A stretch of 62,158 nt of DNA from Candidatus Dojkabacteria bacterium. GTDB taxonomy: Bacteria; Patescibacteriota; Dojkabacteria; SC72; JAFGCJ01. The notes beneath the pieces were generated by a model. The model made no database searches. It saw only the letters and a program-made list of their open reading frames with translations, and had not been told where the DNA came from. The position numbers and the translations under genes were made by a program. Where the stretch lies: the NCBI GenBank assembly GCA_016929645.1, contig JAFGIK010000072.1, positions 1 to 62,158 of the forward strand, read 5' to 3'. Positions 1 through 9,178 of this stretch are shown in pieces (position 1 is the first letter of the stretch; the number at the start of each line of letters is the position of its first letter).

Positions 1-1
1 A

Positions 2-82
2 GTATACAACAACATGAGACCTCATTTAGGCCTTAATCTAAAGACTCCTGCTGAGGTTGTTGCATATGTCTTGGGACATTAA
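2..82 (+). mobile_element. 3' end of a DDE (rve/integrase-core type) transposase gene, truncated by the window edge
   Basis: Frame 2 reads VYNNMRPHLGLNLKTPAEVVAYVLGH* (TAA at 80-82). The YNxxRPHxxLxxxTPxE string is the conserved C-terminal tail of IS3/IS481-type integrase-core transposases. Only 26 codons are visible. Confidence 0.5.
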
Positions 83-143
83 GGGCTATTGCACGAGTAT
101 CTTTACTTCTCTATTCATTCGTTTTTATGTTAGACTAAATTGT

Positions 144-1073
144 ATGAAGAGTCAGATGAAAAAATTTTTTATTGCATGTGCACTTTTTATTGTCACTTTT
201 GTCATCCCTGTCTTGGTTTTCTCTGTTATTTCTGAAAGTAGTGGAAAAAGTTCTGAGAATGAGAACAATAGTGCAAATGCTGTAAATAGTAATTCTAAAA
301 AGCCGCAGATTGTATCTGTACCTGTGACAGATGCATATGTCGGAGACTTTTACCAATATAAAGTAAAAGCTGTAGATAGTGATGGAGACACTTTAAGCTT
401 CATTATAAAGGACATTCCGTCATGGTTGTCATGGAACTCTGAAACGCAAGTTTTTAGCGGTTATCCAACTGTTAATCCTAGTGGTAATCGTGTTGAATTT
501 TCAGTAAGTGACGGAAAATGGATTTCGACTCAAAATTATGAAATCATGATTCTTGATAATTCATCTAATCAAAACGATTCAGATAATCCAGGTGACTCAG
601 GTAGTGATGACGAAGGTGAGTCTAATTTAGCTATAACTCAATCAACAGCAAATAGTTTCTTTGGTGAAATGCAAGGTGATGATTCCGAAAGTAACGTGTT
701 GGGAGCAATGGACCAAAAATCAAATGTAGCTCAAACAACGATTGATGAATTCTACGATTCAGGAGATTTATCTACTTTTGAAGATGTTGATAATTTTGGA
801 AATGAGTTGGATAATCTGTCTGAATCTTCAAAAAACGAGGATGAAAGTAATGTTCTTGGTGTATCAGACGTGAGAACGAGTTTTCTTGATAGTGGTAAGA
901 CTAGACTTGGTTTAATTTTAATTTTAGCTGGTGTCTCATTATTAGTTTTTTGTGCGTATCAATTTTTTGATTCGCATTTTAATATCTCAGATAAAATTTG
1001 GCATGTGTTTTTTTTAGAAGATGAGAAACCAGGCGGAAAAAAGAAAATAATAAGACAAAGATTTGAGGTATAA
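144..1073 (+). CDS. Membrane-anchored surface protein with one cadherin-like 'putative Ig' domain and an acidic low-complexity stalk
   Basis: ORF 57-1073. The first ATG followed by a hydrophobic anchor (MKSQMKKFFIACALFIVTFVIPVLVF) is at 144. PQIVSVPVTDAYVGDFYQYKVKAVDSDGDTLSFIIKDIPSWLSWNSETQVFSGYPT fits the He_PIG/dystroglycan-type Ig repeat pattern. A D/E/S/N-rich region and a second C-terminal TM helix (LGLILILAGVSLLVFCAY) follow. Confidence 0.6.
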   Translation: MKSQMKKFFIACALFIVTFVIPVLVFSVISESSGKSSENENNSANAVNSNSKKPQIVSVPVTDAYVGDFYQYKVKAVDSDGDTLSFIIKDIPSWLSWNSETQVFSGYPTVNPSGNRVEFSVSDGKWISTQNYEIMILDNSSNQNDSDNPGDSGSDDEGESNLAITQSTANSFFGEMQGDDSESNVLGAMDQKSNVAQTTIDEFYDSGDLSTFEDVDNFGNELDNLSESSKNEDESNVLGVSDVRTSFLDSGKTRLGLILILAGVSLLVFCAYQFFDSHFNISDKIWHVFFLEDEKPGGKKKIIRQRFEV

Positions 1074-1077
1074 AATT

Positions 1078-1479
1078 ATGAAAAAATTTATTCCATGGAT
1101 AATAATTATTTTATTGGCAGGTGTGTTGGGTCTTGGATTTTATTATCTGTTAAATCGGGATGTGACTGTTCTTGGAACAGATCCAGATAATATTGAATCT
1201 ATAAGGCCAAGGAATATGAGAATTACACAAGTGGATGCAAATTCTTTCACTGTAGAATGGAAGACTTCAAGTGCTGTTGTCGGTTACGTCAAGTACGGTG
1301 AAAGTAGTGATAATATTGTAACTGTTGTACAGGGTGATTATGGAGTTACTCCGAAAAAAGATCACAAAGTTAAAGTAAGTGGATTAGTAAAGGGGAAGAA
1401 GTACTATTTCTGGGTTGTCTCTAACAATATTGCTTTTGGTAAAGATGGAAGAGCTTTAGAAGTTCTTACTATCGAGTAA
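1078..1479 (+). CDS. Small membrane-anchored fibronectin-III-like (purple-acid-phosphatase N-terminal type) domain protein
   Basis: ATG at 1078 is preceded by GAGG (1064-1067). N-terminal TM helix is IPWIIIILLAGVLGLGFYYLL. RITQVDANSFTVEWKTSSAVVGYVKYGES...HKVKVSGLVKGKKYYFWVVSNN has the same pattern as two domains in ORF 55445-57256. Confidence 0.6.
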   Translation: MKKFIPWIIIILLAGVLGLGFYYLLNRDVTVLGTDPDNIESIRPRNMRITQVDANSFTVEWKTSSAVVGYVKYGESSDNIVTVVQGDYGVTPKKDHKVKVSGLVKGKKYYFWVVSNNIAFGKDGRALEVLTIE

Positions 1480-1539
1480 TAGTTATATTTTCTTATAAAA
1501 AAGATTTTTCCTTAGGAAGCAAAAAGTAAATTCCTGTTA

Positions 1540-3600
1540 TTACTCAATGGAATCTATCATTATTTGAGATTCATCTTTTAAATACTGGTAGGGACATTCA
1601 TCATATACTTTTTTGAAGTATTTAAGAGCATTTTCATAATTATTGTTGAAATAGTTGGCGTAAGCCAAATTATAGTATGCGATCCAATGTTCATCATCTT
1701 GTTCAATGACCTTATTTAATATTTCTATGGCTTTTGTGTATTCCTCTTGTGCGATGTAAAGTTCACCAAGGAGATTTTGATAGTCAATATTATTTCCATC
1801 GATTTTGATGGCTTCTGTAGCGTAGGAGACTGATTGGCTTAAATAGTCTTTTTCAAGTGATGGATATAGCATCGCTAATTTGTAATTTATTGTTGCTGCA
1901 CTAATTTCTGATTCTGGATTGTTCTGATTTAGAGCAATAGCCATCAAGTATGAGTCTCTTATCTGATTAACTATGTTATTTGAGTTTGATCTGGATGGAT
2001 CTTGCTCAAGGTACTCTGTCAGTAAAAAAGCTTTTTGTATCTGGTATTTCGGATTATATGGATTTGCGTCAATTGCCTTGTTTATTAATTCAATTGAAGT
2101 ACTATTTTCTTGTGTTAGCGATTTTTGATACAGTCTCTCGGCTTTGGCATATTCAATGATTGTGAAAAACGAACACGCCATTGCAAAAATAATTAATGCG
2201 ACAAATATTTCACTATGTTTTTTTCTTGTTTCTGGAAATCTAGAGTTGTTGCTCGTTATTGAGCAAAATATTCCAATGAGAACGCTTGTAATGCTTATTG
2301 TGGCGATATTTGGTAGGTGAGTTAATGATTGTATGAAGAATATTGAAATTGATACCCCTATACCTAATGCTGCAAAATTTAATTGATTAATATTTTTGAA
2401 AAAGGTTTTGAAAAAGGAATAAATAAATAATGAAAAAGCTATTAATCCTACAATTCCTAAAGTTGAGGAAACCTCACTAAATAAGCTGATATATTCTTCT
2501 TTGTTTTCAATTTGATCATTAGTGTTAAGTATTCTGTAGGTTTCTGGGCCTCTTCCGAAAAGGAAATTGTTTTTGATTGATCGAAGATTCTGGTCATCTA
2601 AGACGAAATGGGTACTTATTTCGTTTGTAATAAATTCTCTCGTCAGATATGGATTTAAATCTTTGTTAACTGGTTTCAATGATAGTAACCCAACAGATAA
2701 AAGCAACGTTATTATTATTACAATGAGTTCAGTATTAAGTTTCATTTTCTGCTTTATCGATAGATAGGCAAAAATACCTCCAATTGCTATTATCACCCAT
2801 ATCCAGCTTACTATTTGTGCTGTAAGTACAATTGAAATAGAACCTAAAACAAATGACAAGATGGAGATTATTCTTGTCATTGTATTTCTGGCCATAATTA
2901 TCTGGATAAATACTATTGGTAAGCAAATCGAGAGGAACATGGAAAGTTCTCTTGGCGATTCAAATGTGGCTTTCACTATATCATTTTTTGAAAATCCGGA
3001 ACTCTCAGATAGAAATTGAGCTGTAAGAACGATTAGGCTCAAAATTATTACGATTATCGTTACAAAGCTAACTAATATTCGTTGTCTTGGAATTTGATAT
3101 TTAACATTTGAAAGTATTAGAACTGTTAGTGCAAAACAAGAAATTGAAATTAAGCTCAATAATGGTACATCATGACTTCCTGTGATACTTGTAATCGGGC
3201 TAGGAGATAGAAAGGTGCTCAATATGTATGTAATAACAAAAAAAACAAGTGCTGATAATATGATGTTTTGTGAAAATCTTTTCTTATCTGAAATGGACTC
3301 TTTTATAAGGAATAATGCCGTTATCGTTGTTGTTGTTGAAAGAAAGAGTATAAATTTGGGAAATCCGAAAGTAGACTGATACGAATTGCTAAACAAGAAT
3401 GGCGTTAATATAACCTGAATAGCAATAACAATATAAATGGAAGCAGAGCAAATCTGATTTACAAGGGTCCTCCAATCCTTTGGTATGCGAAATTTTATTG
3501 ATTTAATCTCAGACGATTTGCTGTTATCTTGTGAAAATTTCTCTTTTATTCGTTTTTTTTGTGATAATTTGTTGTATGAACTGCCTTTTTTAATCTTCAT
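1540..3600 (-). CDS. Polytopic membrane protein, O-antigen-ligase (Wzy_C)-like core with C-terminal TPR repeats
   Basis: 686-aa ORF whose start overlaps the upstream stop by 11 nt (3590-3600). Many hydrophobic helices occupy the N-terminal two thirds, with a loop carrying FLFGRGPETY (G-x-G motif common in O-antigen ligase-like proteins). The C-terminus has TPR-like repeats (YTKAIEILNKVIEQDDEHWIAYYNLAYANYFNNNYENALKYFKKV). Family assigned by pattern only. Confidence 0.5.
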   Translation of the reverse strand: MKIKKGSSYNKLSQKKRIKEKFSQDNSKSSEIKSIKFRIPKDWRTLVNQICSASIYIVIAIQVILTPFLFSNSYQSTFGFPKFILFLSTTTTITALFLIKESISDKKRFSQNIILSALVFFVITYILSTFLSPSPITSITGSHDVPLLSLISISCFALTVLILSNVKYQIPRQRILVSFVTIIVIILSLIVLTAQFLSESSGFSKNDIVKATFESPRELSMFLSICLPIVFIQIIMARNTMTRIISILSFVLGSISIVLTAQIVSWIWVIIAIGGIFAYLSIKQKMKLNTELIVIIITLLLSVGLLSLKPVNKDLNPYLTREFITNEISTHFVLDDQNLRSIKNNFLFGRGPETYRILNTNDQIENKEEYISLFSEVSSTLGIVGLIAFSLFIYSFFKTFFKNINQLNFAALGIGVSISIFFIQSLTHLPNIATISITSVLIGIFCSITSNNSRFPETRKKHSEIFVALIIFAMACSFFTIIEYAKAERLYQKSLTQENSTSIELINKAIDANPYNPKYQIQKAFLLTEYLEQDPSRSNSNNIVNQIRDSYLMAIALNQNNPESEISAATINYKLAMLYPSLEKDYLSQSVSYATEAIKIDGNNIDYQNLLGELYIAQEEYTKAIEILNKVIEQDDEHWIAYYNLAYANYFNNNYENALKYFKKVYDECPYQYLKDESQIMIDSIE

Positions 3601-5650
3601 TATTGTCTAAATGATCCTTGATCTTTTTAAGGGCAGCTTTCTCTATCTCTTTCTCTTTGAATTTCTGGGGCTGAGATATTCTAAGGGTTAATGATTTTCC
3701 TGATTTCTTTATTGTACTACGAATCTTCTTTGATGTGTTGGCAGTTTTATCCATCAATGCTGTAAGTTGTTGCGAACCGAATCCTGTTCTATAAACCACT
3801 GTTGCCATTGCGATTAGTAAACCTCCCATAACGAGTATGACTGGAATGTTATCAAGAATACCGGTTTTGGGCTGTTCACAATTTTGAGCAACAATTATTG
3901 TGTTTTGTGTGGTCACTGGTGTCTCATCTGAAGGAGTAACTGTAACTCGATTTATTTGGTTACCTGTTACAGCGTTAGTTCCTGCAGTTGCTGTGAACCG
4001 TATAGTCATAGTTGCATTAGCTCCAAGAGTAAATCCTGTACCGCTATTTGACCATGTAATTAACTGACTATTCCCTGAAGTTTCAAGAGTGACTTGGCTG
4101 TCACTTACTGTTACACCGTTGATGTATGATGAATTCGCATTATATTGGAATCCCTGGGGTAGGGCATCTGATATTCCTCGAATATCTTTTGCTACGTTGC
4201 TAGCATTTCGAATTGTTACGGTTAGTGTTATTTGGTTGCTGCCTGCAACACGTTCGACGCAATCTGTTGATGTTTGAGTTGTGACTGACCATGCCCCATC
4301 AGAAGGCTGAGAAGGAGAACTGGAAGTATATTCGCAAGAAGTGTTACAACTACCTGAAGAATATGGAGTTCCTGCGGGACAAAGCAATGTGCCATCACAT
4401 TCTTCTCCTGTGTCACAAGTACCATTTCCGCAATCATCACTTTGTCTATATACAGCAACGCTTGATTCACAATAACTAAGTATTGTATCCAAATCGTCAA
4501 CAACGTTGGAAGAAGTAACTTTTATCTGACAATTTCTTCTAATTTCTCCTTCGGGTAAGGTAAATTCTTTTCGAACTGTTGGCTGTTCTGTTGTAAATAC
4601 CTCTCCTGAACCAAGGTCTATTTGTCCATTACAATTTAGGTCCATACTCCATCCAAAAAGGTTAGCTGTGCCGTCATCTGGTTGGGCTGTTACCTCTATC
4701 GTGACTGGTGTTTCACCGTTTTCTGGAGCAATATCAATGCCAATACATTCTGCGTCATTAGTTGCATTTGGACCAACGATGTTGTTCTCTTCTTCTCCAG
4801 GAATAATTGCGGCATTTTCGTAATCTTCTTCGTTAAGGTTTAATTTAATAGGGCAAGCCTGCGCATCAGACCAGGAATCTTCACCTCCTGAGGTTGTTGT
4901 CTGACTGAATTTGACAGTGTAGATTCCTAGATTTGCAGGATCTACAAAGCTTTCCCAGTTTGTACTAAATTCTACTGTGTAAATTTTAAAATTTGTTCCT
5001 GCAATTTCTCTATCTACAGATGAGTGAATATTTGGATCATAATCGACAATAATTGGTTCCATTGCCTGGCCTCCATCAGGATTTTCAACTTCTATTCTTC
5101 CCTGAAGTAAGTCATTATTTCCATCTTGATTTAGAATTTGAAATTGTACAGAAAATATTACTGGTCCTGTCAGGCTCTCTGGTATAGTTTCTGGGATCAT
5201 TTTGCTTGAACTGCATTGGTTGTCACAGGTTGTATTGTCTACTGTTGAGGTTATCATCTCGTTGCATGCTGTGCATAACCGATTAGATTCATCTTCTGTG
5301 CATAAAGAGCTATTTGTCAGCGCATTACAAATTTCAGATGGTGCACTTTCGCATGTTGTTAGTGGAACCGAAAAATCAATATCTGATAATGTGAAGTTTT
5401 CTTCAGAAAATGTACAAGCACCGCTTGCACTGTCTGTTGAGCCAAGTGTTGGTATTGTTACTTTTTGACCTCGATTATTAGTATATTCAATGTAACATTT
5501 ACAACAACCAGAAGCATGTGTTTCCTGCGGATTAACATTCTTCGTCTGATTTATTGTATAGATGATAAAACCTGCTACGCCACCTAAAATGACTATAAGT
5601 AGGATTCCGCCAATAATGAGAATTTTATTTTTATTTGAACCTCCGGGCAT
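3590..5650 (-). CDS. Cys-rich cell-surface protein with DUF11-type repeat and LPXTG-like (QPKTG) C-terminal anchor
   Basis: 686-aa ORF with N-terminal TM helix (ILIIGGILLIVILGGVAGFIIY). Cys-rich modules include DDCGNGTCDTGEECDG. A DUF11-like repeat is present (ITLTVTIRNASNVAKDIRGISDALPQGFQY...ATMTIRFTATAGTN). The C-terminus has QPKTG (3860-3874), a 23-aa hydrophobic helix and a 66-aa basic tail. Confidence 0.6.
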   Translation of the reverse strand: MPGGSNKNKILIIGGILLIVILGGVAGFIIYTINQTKNVNPQETHASGCCKCYIEYTNNRGQKVTIPTLGSTDSASGACTFSEENFTLSDIDFSVPLTTCESAPSEICNALTNSSLCTEDESNRLCTACNEMITSTVDNTTCDNQCSSSKMIPETIPESLTGPVIFSVQFQILNQDGNNDLLQGRIEVENPDGGQAMEPIIVDYDPNIHSSVDREIAGTNFKIYTVEFSTNWESFVDPANLGIYTVKFSQTTTSGGEDSWSDAQACPIKLNLNEEDYENAAIIPGEEENNIVGPNATNDAECIGIDIAPENGETPVTIEVTAQPDDGTANLFGWSMDLNCNGQIDLGSGEVFTTEQPTVRKEFTLPEGEIRRNCQIKVTSSNVVDDLDTILSYCESSVAVYRQSDDCGNGTCDTGEECDGTLLCPAGTPYSSGSCNTSCEYTSSSPSQPSDGAWSVTTQTSTDCVERVAGSNQITLTVTIRNASNVAKDIRGISDALPQGFQYNANSSYINGVTVSDSQVTLETSGNSQLITWSNSGTGFTLGANATMTIRFTATAGTNAVTGNQINRVTVTPSDETPVTTQNTIIVAQNCEQPKTGILDNIPVILVMGGLLIAMATVVYRTGFGSQQLTALMDKTANTSKKIRSTIKKSGKSLTLRISQPQKFKEKEIEKAALKKIKDHLDNNED

Positions 5651-5653
5651 GTT

Positions 5654-6598
5654 TTATATTATACTTAAAAGAATGTTTAACGCAAGGTTAATATCAATCT
5701 GTCCTGTTTTAGCAGAATAATCAATATTAATTATCTTATCATAAATCTTTTTAATTTTTGATAAGGAAATATTTTGTGCTGATCTGCTAACACTATATAT
5801 AGAAAATGGTGGAATTTTCAATATCTTTGATATTTCGCCAGATGTTTTGTTCTCAGATTGCAGAATTTTAGTTAATAGAAGCAGTCGAAGATTTCTTCCT
5901 AGCATTGACAATATGAAATAGGCATCGTTTCCCTGATTTAGTAATTTGTTTAGTATTGTAGCCGCTTTGCTATTTTGTTGTTCATTGATGCTGTCAATTA
6001 ACTCCCATATTGTGTGCTCCAAAGTGTCAGGGCAAACCTTATCTATTATTTCTACAGTTATTATTTTGGCTGGCAAAAGTTTCAACTTTTCTGTTTCTTT
6101 TACGAATCGTTCTGGATTATAATTGACCCTTTGCATAAAAATATCGAGAGCATTGGAATCTACATTAACTTCCTGAGTACTGAGTTGTTGTTTAGCCCAA
6201 GTGCGGAATGTCCTTTTATTTAGTTCTGGTGCTTCATAAATTTTACCGTGCTTCTTAAATGCCTTAAATAGTCTGGTATTTGATCTAACCTTGTTATTCT
6301 CCCATATGAGGATTTCGTTTGGATCTTTGTCTTCAAGTAGTTTAATTAAATATTCATTAAGTTGGTCTTTTTCTGGGCTTTCAGAAACTCTTTTCATCAT
6401 GAAGACTTTTGTGTCGCTGAACATTGATGGTGTCTCTATCTCTGTTGTGATCACTGAAGGATCTGATGTTGATCCGTCAAACTTTATTACATTGACGGCT
6501 CTTCTATCCTGTTCGAAAGAATTGACAATTTGTTCTTGAATTCTATGAAATTCCAGTGAGCTTAAAAAACTATTTTTTCCATGAAATAAATAAATCAT
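5654..6598 (-). CDS. holA: DNA polymerase III delta subunit
   Basis: 314-aa ORF. The N-terminus MIYLFHGKNSFLSSLEF, the overall length and the helical C-terminal half (ILSMLGRNLRLLLLTK...IPPFSIYSVSRSAQNISLSKIKKIYDKI) fit HolA. Confidence 0.7.
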   Translation of the reverse strand: MIYLFHGKNSFLSSLEFHRIQEQIVNSFEQDRRAVNVIKFDGSTSDPSVITTEIETPSMFSDTKVFMMKRVSESPEKDQLNEYLIKLLEDKDPNEILIWENNKVRSNTRLFKAFKKHGKIYEAPELNKRTFRTWAKQQLSTQEVNVDSNALDIFMQRVNYNPERFVKETEKLKLLPAKIITVEIIDKVCPDTLEHTIWELIDSINEQQNSKAATILNKLLNQGNDAYFILSMLGRNLRLLLLTKILQSENKTSGEISKILKIPPFSIYSVSRSAQNISLSKIKKIYDKIINIDYSAKTGQIDINLALNILLSII

Positions 6599-6671
6599 AA
6601 GGTGTATTGATCTTAACGAAAATTTGTAAATATTAACAATATAAATTTTTATTCAATATCATTAGAAATGA

Positions 6672-8141
6672 TTATTGGACTCCGAAAATTATTGCAATAT
6701 CTTCACCGTAAATTTTTGATACATTCTCGGGTGGAGTATTAGTCCACTCACAGGAATACATTTCATCAATAGCATTAAGTGTCGCATATTCTGGGTTTTC
6801 TGAGTAACTGACAACTGTTACGCCTGTTAAATTTTGATTGTAAACATTACCTCCAAAGGTTACATTCATGTAAGGATATTGTGCAACTAATTCCTGGTAT
6901 TTTGCATAAGTTTCATTATATCCAAGGCCTCCGTTGTAGACATACACAAATGCATTTTCGCTATAGATTGCCGGATTATTTGTAAATTCTGATACGAATA
7001 TCTGTATATCGCTGTAATTTCCTTCGCCAAGAATTGAAGAGAATGCACTTCCTGGTCCTGCAGCAATCAAACTCCAGTTTCCCGCCATTGGATCGAGTAC
7101 CATAGTGTACATTTTGTCTTTATCAACTTTCCCTGCAATATTTTTAGCAGCAATAATATCACTAACGGTAATCCCTTCTCCTGTAGTCAAATTGATCATT
7201 TTGACTGAATTTCCAAAGTCTGAAAGAAGTTCTGTTATTTTTACGGGATTGAATAATCCGTCAGTAGAAAGTGCTTTCTCTTTTGTTGCAATAATAACTT
7301 TTTGCTGTCTTCTTGCTCGTGCAAAATCTGATCCTTCTGAACTTTGAGCATGTCTTGATCTTGCAAATTTCAGCGCTGTTTCTCCATCCATATGTTGAGT
7401 ACCTGCTTCAAAACTGATTGTCTCGTAGTAGCCTTCCGGGGTAGGGTACATGTAATCTGTAAATGAGTTGTCAACATCGACATCTATACCTCCTAGTGTG
7501 TCAATCATTTTTTGAGCACCTGACATATCAACCATTATGAAATATTGAATTTCAATTCCTGTAATCGCTTGTGCTGTGTCTCGTAAACAGTATGGACCTG
7601 TACCTGATTCTTCTATTTCGCATGAATTATATACAGCGTTGATTTTGCTAAAATATCCAGGATATCTAGGATTCTCTGCCCAGAAATCACGAGGAATTGA
7701 GATCATTGTAACCTGTTTTGTTTTATGATCAATGGTAGCAATGATTATTGTATCTGTGTTTTGAAGCCCAGCATCAGTATCTCTTGTATCAATCCCTACT
7801 ATGAGGACTGATGTACGATTGTTCTCATCTTTAAGTAATTCGGGTTCCTGTTGAGTCAGTGTCGCTTGGATAGCATCATTTACATCAAGTTTGATACCGG
7901 CTTTTTTCAATGAAGCGAAAGTTGTAATAGCAAAATAACCTCCGTAGCCGATTGCTGCGAAGAGTATTAGCAATATCGCAGTTTTTATATATTTGAATAC
8001 TTTGTTTTGTGGTTTGGCAGGTTTGTCCTTCGTAATCTTTTTATCTGTAGTTTTTTTGCCATTTTTGCCCAAATTTACAAGTTTTCCAAATAGTTTTTTC
8101 CCTTTCGTCTTGTTGTTAATCTCAATTTGTACAGGGCTCAT
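6672..8141 (-). CDS. LytR-CpsA-Psr (LCP) family cell-envelope polymer transferase with LytR_C-like C-terminal domain
   Basis: N-terminal TM anchor is followed by the LCP core SVLIVGIDTRDTDAGLQNTDTIIIATIDHKTKQVTMISIPRDFW and ALKFARSRH...SDFARARRQQKV. Confidence 0.8.
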   Translation of the reverse strand: MSPVQIEINNKTKGKKLFGKLVNLGKNGKKTTDKKITKDKPAKPQNKVFKYIKTAILLILFAAIGYGGYFAITTFASLKKAGIKLDVNDAIQATLTQQEPELLKDENNRTSVLIVGIDTRDTDAGLQNTDTIIIATIDHKTKQVTMISIPRDFWAENPRYPGYFSKINAVYNSCEIEESGTGPYCLRDTAQAITGIEIQYFIMVDMSGAQKMIDTLGGIDVDVDNSFTDYMYPTPEGYYETISFEAGTQHMDGETALKFARSRHAQSSEGSDFARARRQQKVIIATKEKALSTDGLFNPVKITELLSDFGNSVKMINLTTGEGITVSDIIAAKNIAGKVDKDKMYTMVLDPMAGNWSLIAAGPGSAFSSILGEGNYSDIQIFVSEFTNNPAIYSENAFVYVYNGGLGYNETYAKYQELVAQYPYMNVTFGGNVYNQNLTGVTVVSYSENPEYATLNAIDEMYSCEWTNTPPENVSKIYGEDIAIIFGVQ

Positions 8142-9178
8142 TGAATATATTGTTCAATATTATTTTCATGCTCAGAAAGAGTCGTCGCATAATGCAATAT
8201 CCCGTCTGAGTCATTAAGGTAAAACCAGTAATCATTAGCTTCCGGATACAGAATTGCTTTGATGGTTTCTTCACCTGGGTTGCTTATTGGCGTTGGTGTA
8301 AACCCTACATATTTTCTGGTATTGTATGGTGTATCCAGCTGTAAATCCTGATAAGTAATCTCATGAGTCCAGTCTTTAAAATAGTATAGTAGAGTAGCAT
8401 CAACCTCAAAAGCCCAACCATTTTCATATCTTCGGATTAAAATGTCGGCAACTAATGGTCGATCAGCAGAGCTTCGTGTCTCTCTTTCAAGTATTGATGC
8501 AAGGGTAACTATTTCGTAGAGTGAAAACTGAGAATTTTCTATCTCTGCCTCATATTTATCATAAATTTTGCTTTGAAAACCATCAACAAGAATTGAATTT
8601 AAGACGTATTCTGCAGTTGCATCAGCAGGAAATCTGTATGTGTCCGGATAAATAAATCCCTCAAGTGGTTTACCCTCTGGAACTGGTATGCCAAGTGAAA
8701 TAGCCATGTCTGGTGTCTCAGTCAATGCAAGAAATTCATCTTTACTAAAATCTTGTGTTTCATTTAATAAAAAGGCTTCATTAATTAGATCTGCGATCTG
8801 AGTGACCATAAGTCCTTCAGGTATTGTAACCCAGACATCTGGTAAGCTTGCGTTTTGCAGATATTCTGCAATTTCTTTCATTGAGCTGTTTTTGGGAAAT
8901 CTAAATGTGCCTGCTTGAAGGGATGTGCCAAGATCTGACTGTTTGATGTAAAGGTCAAAGTATAAAGTGGATTTGATAAGGCCTTTCTCGTAAAGAATTT
9001 CAGCAATATCATCTGTTGTCGAACCTTCGTCTATTGTAATTTCAATAATCTTGCTAGATTCATTGAACGGTGAGTCAACGTATTTTTTGTAATCACTGTA
9101 CACATAGAGACCAGCAGAAATTGCGACTACCATTAAAATTAGTCCGATTATGATAATTACTTTAACAACTTTTTTCAT
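8138..9178 (-). CDS. mltG: Endolytic murein transglycosylase MltG (YceG-like)
   Basis: N-terminal TM helix and YceG pattern (GTFRFPKNSSMKEIAEYL, EGFIYPDTYRF, ASILERE, PYNTRKYVGFTPTPISNPG). The gene has a 4-nt overlap with the downstream LCP gene and a 17-nt overlap with ruvX. Confidence 0.85.
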   Translation of the reverse strand: MKKVVKVIIIIGLILMVVAISAGLYVYSDYKKYVDSPFNESSKIIEITIDEGSTTDDIAEILYEKGLIKSTLYFDLYIKQSDLGTSLQAGTFRFPKNSSMKEIAEYLQNASLPDVWVTIPEGLMVTQIADLINEAFLLNETQDFSKDEFLALTETPDMAISLGIPVPEGKPLEGFIYPDTYRFPADATAEYVLNSILVDGFQSKIYDKYEAEIENSQFSLYEIVTLASILERETRSSADRPLVADILIRRYENGWAFEVDATLLYYFKDWTHEITYQDLQLDTPYNTRKYVGFTPTPISNPGEETIKAILYPEANDYWFYLNDSDGILHYATTLSEHENNIEQYIQ

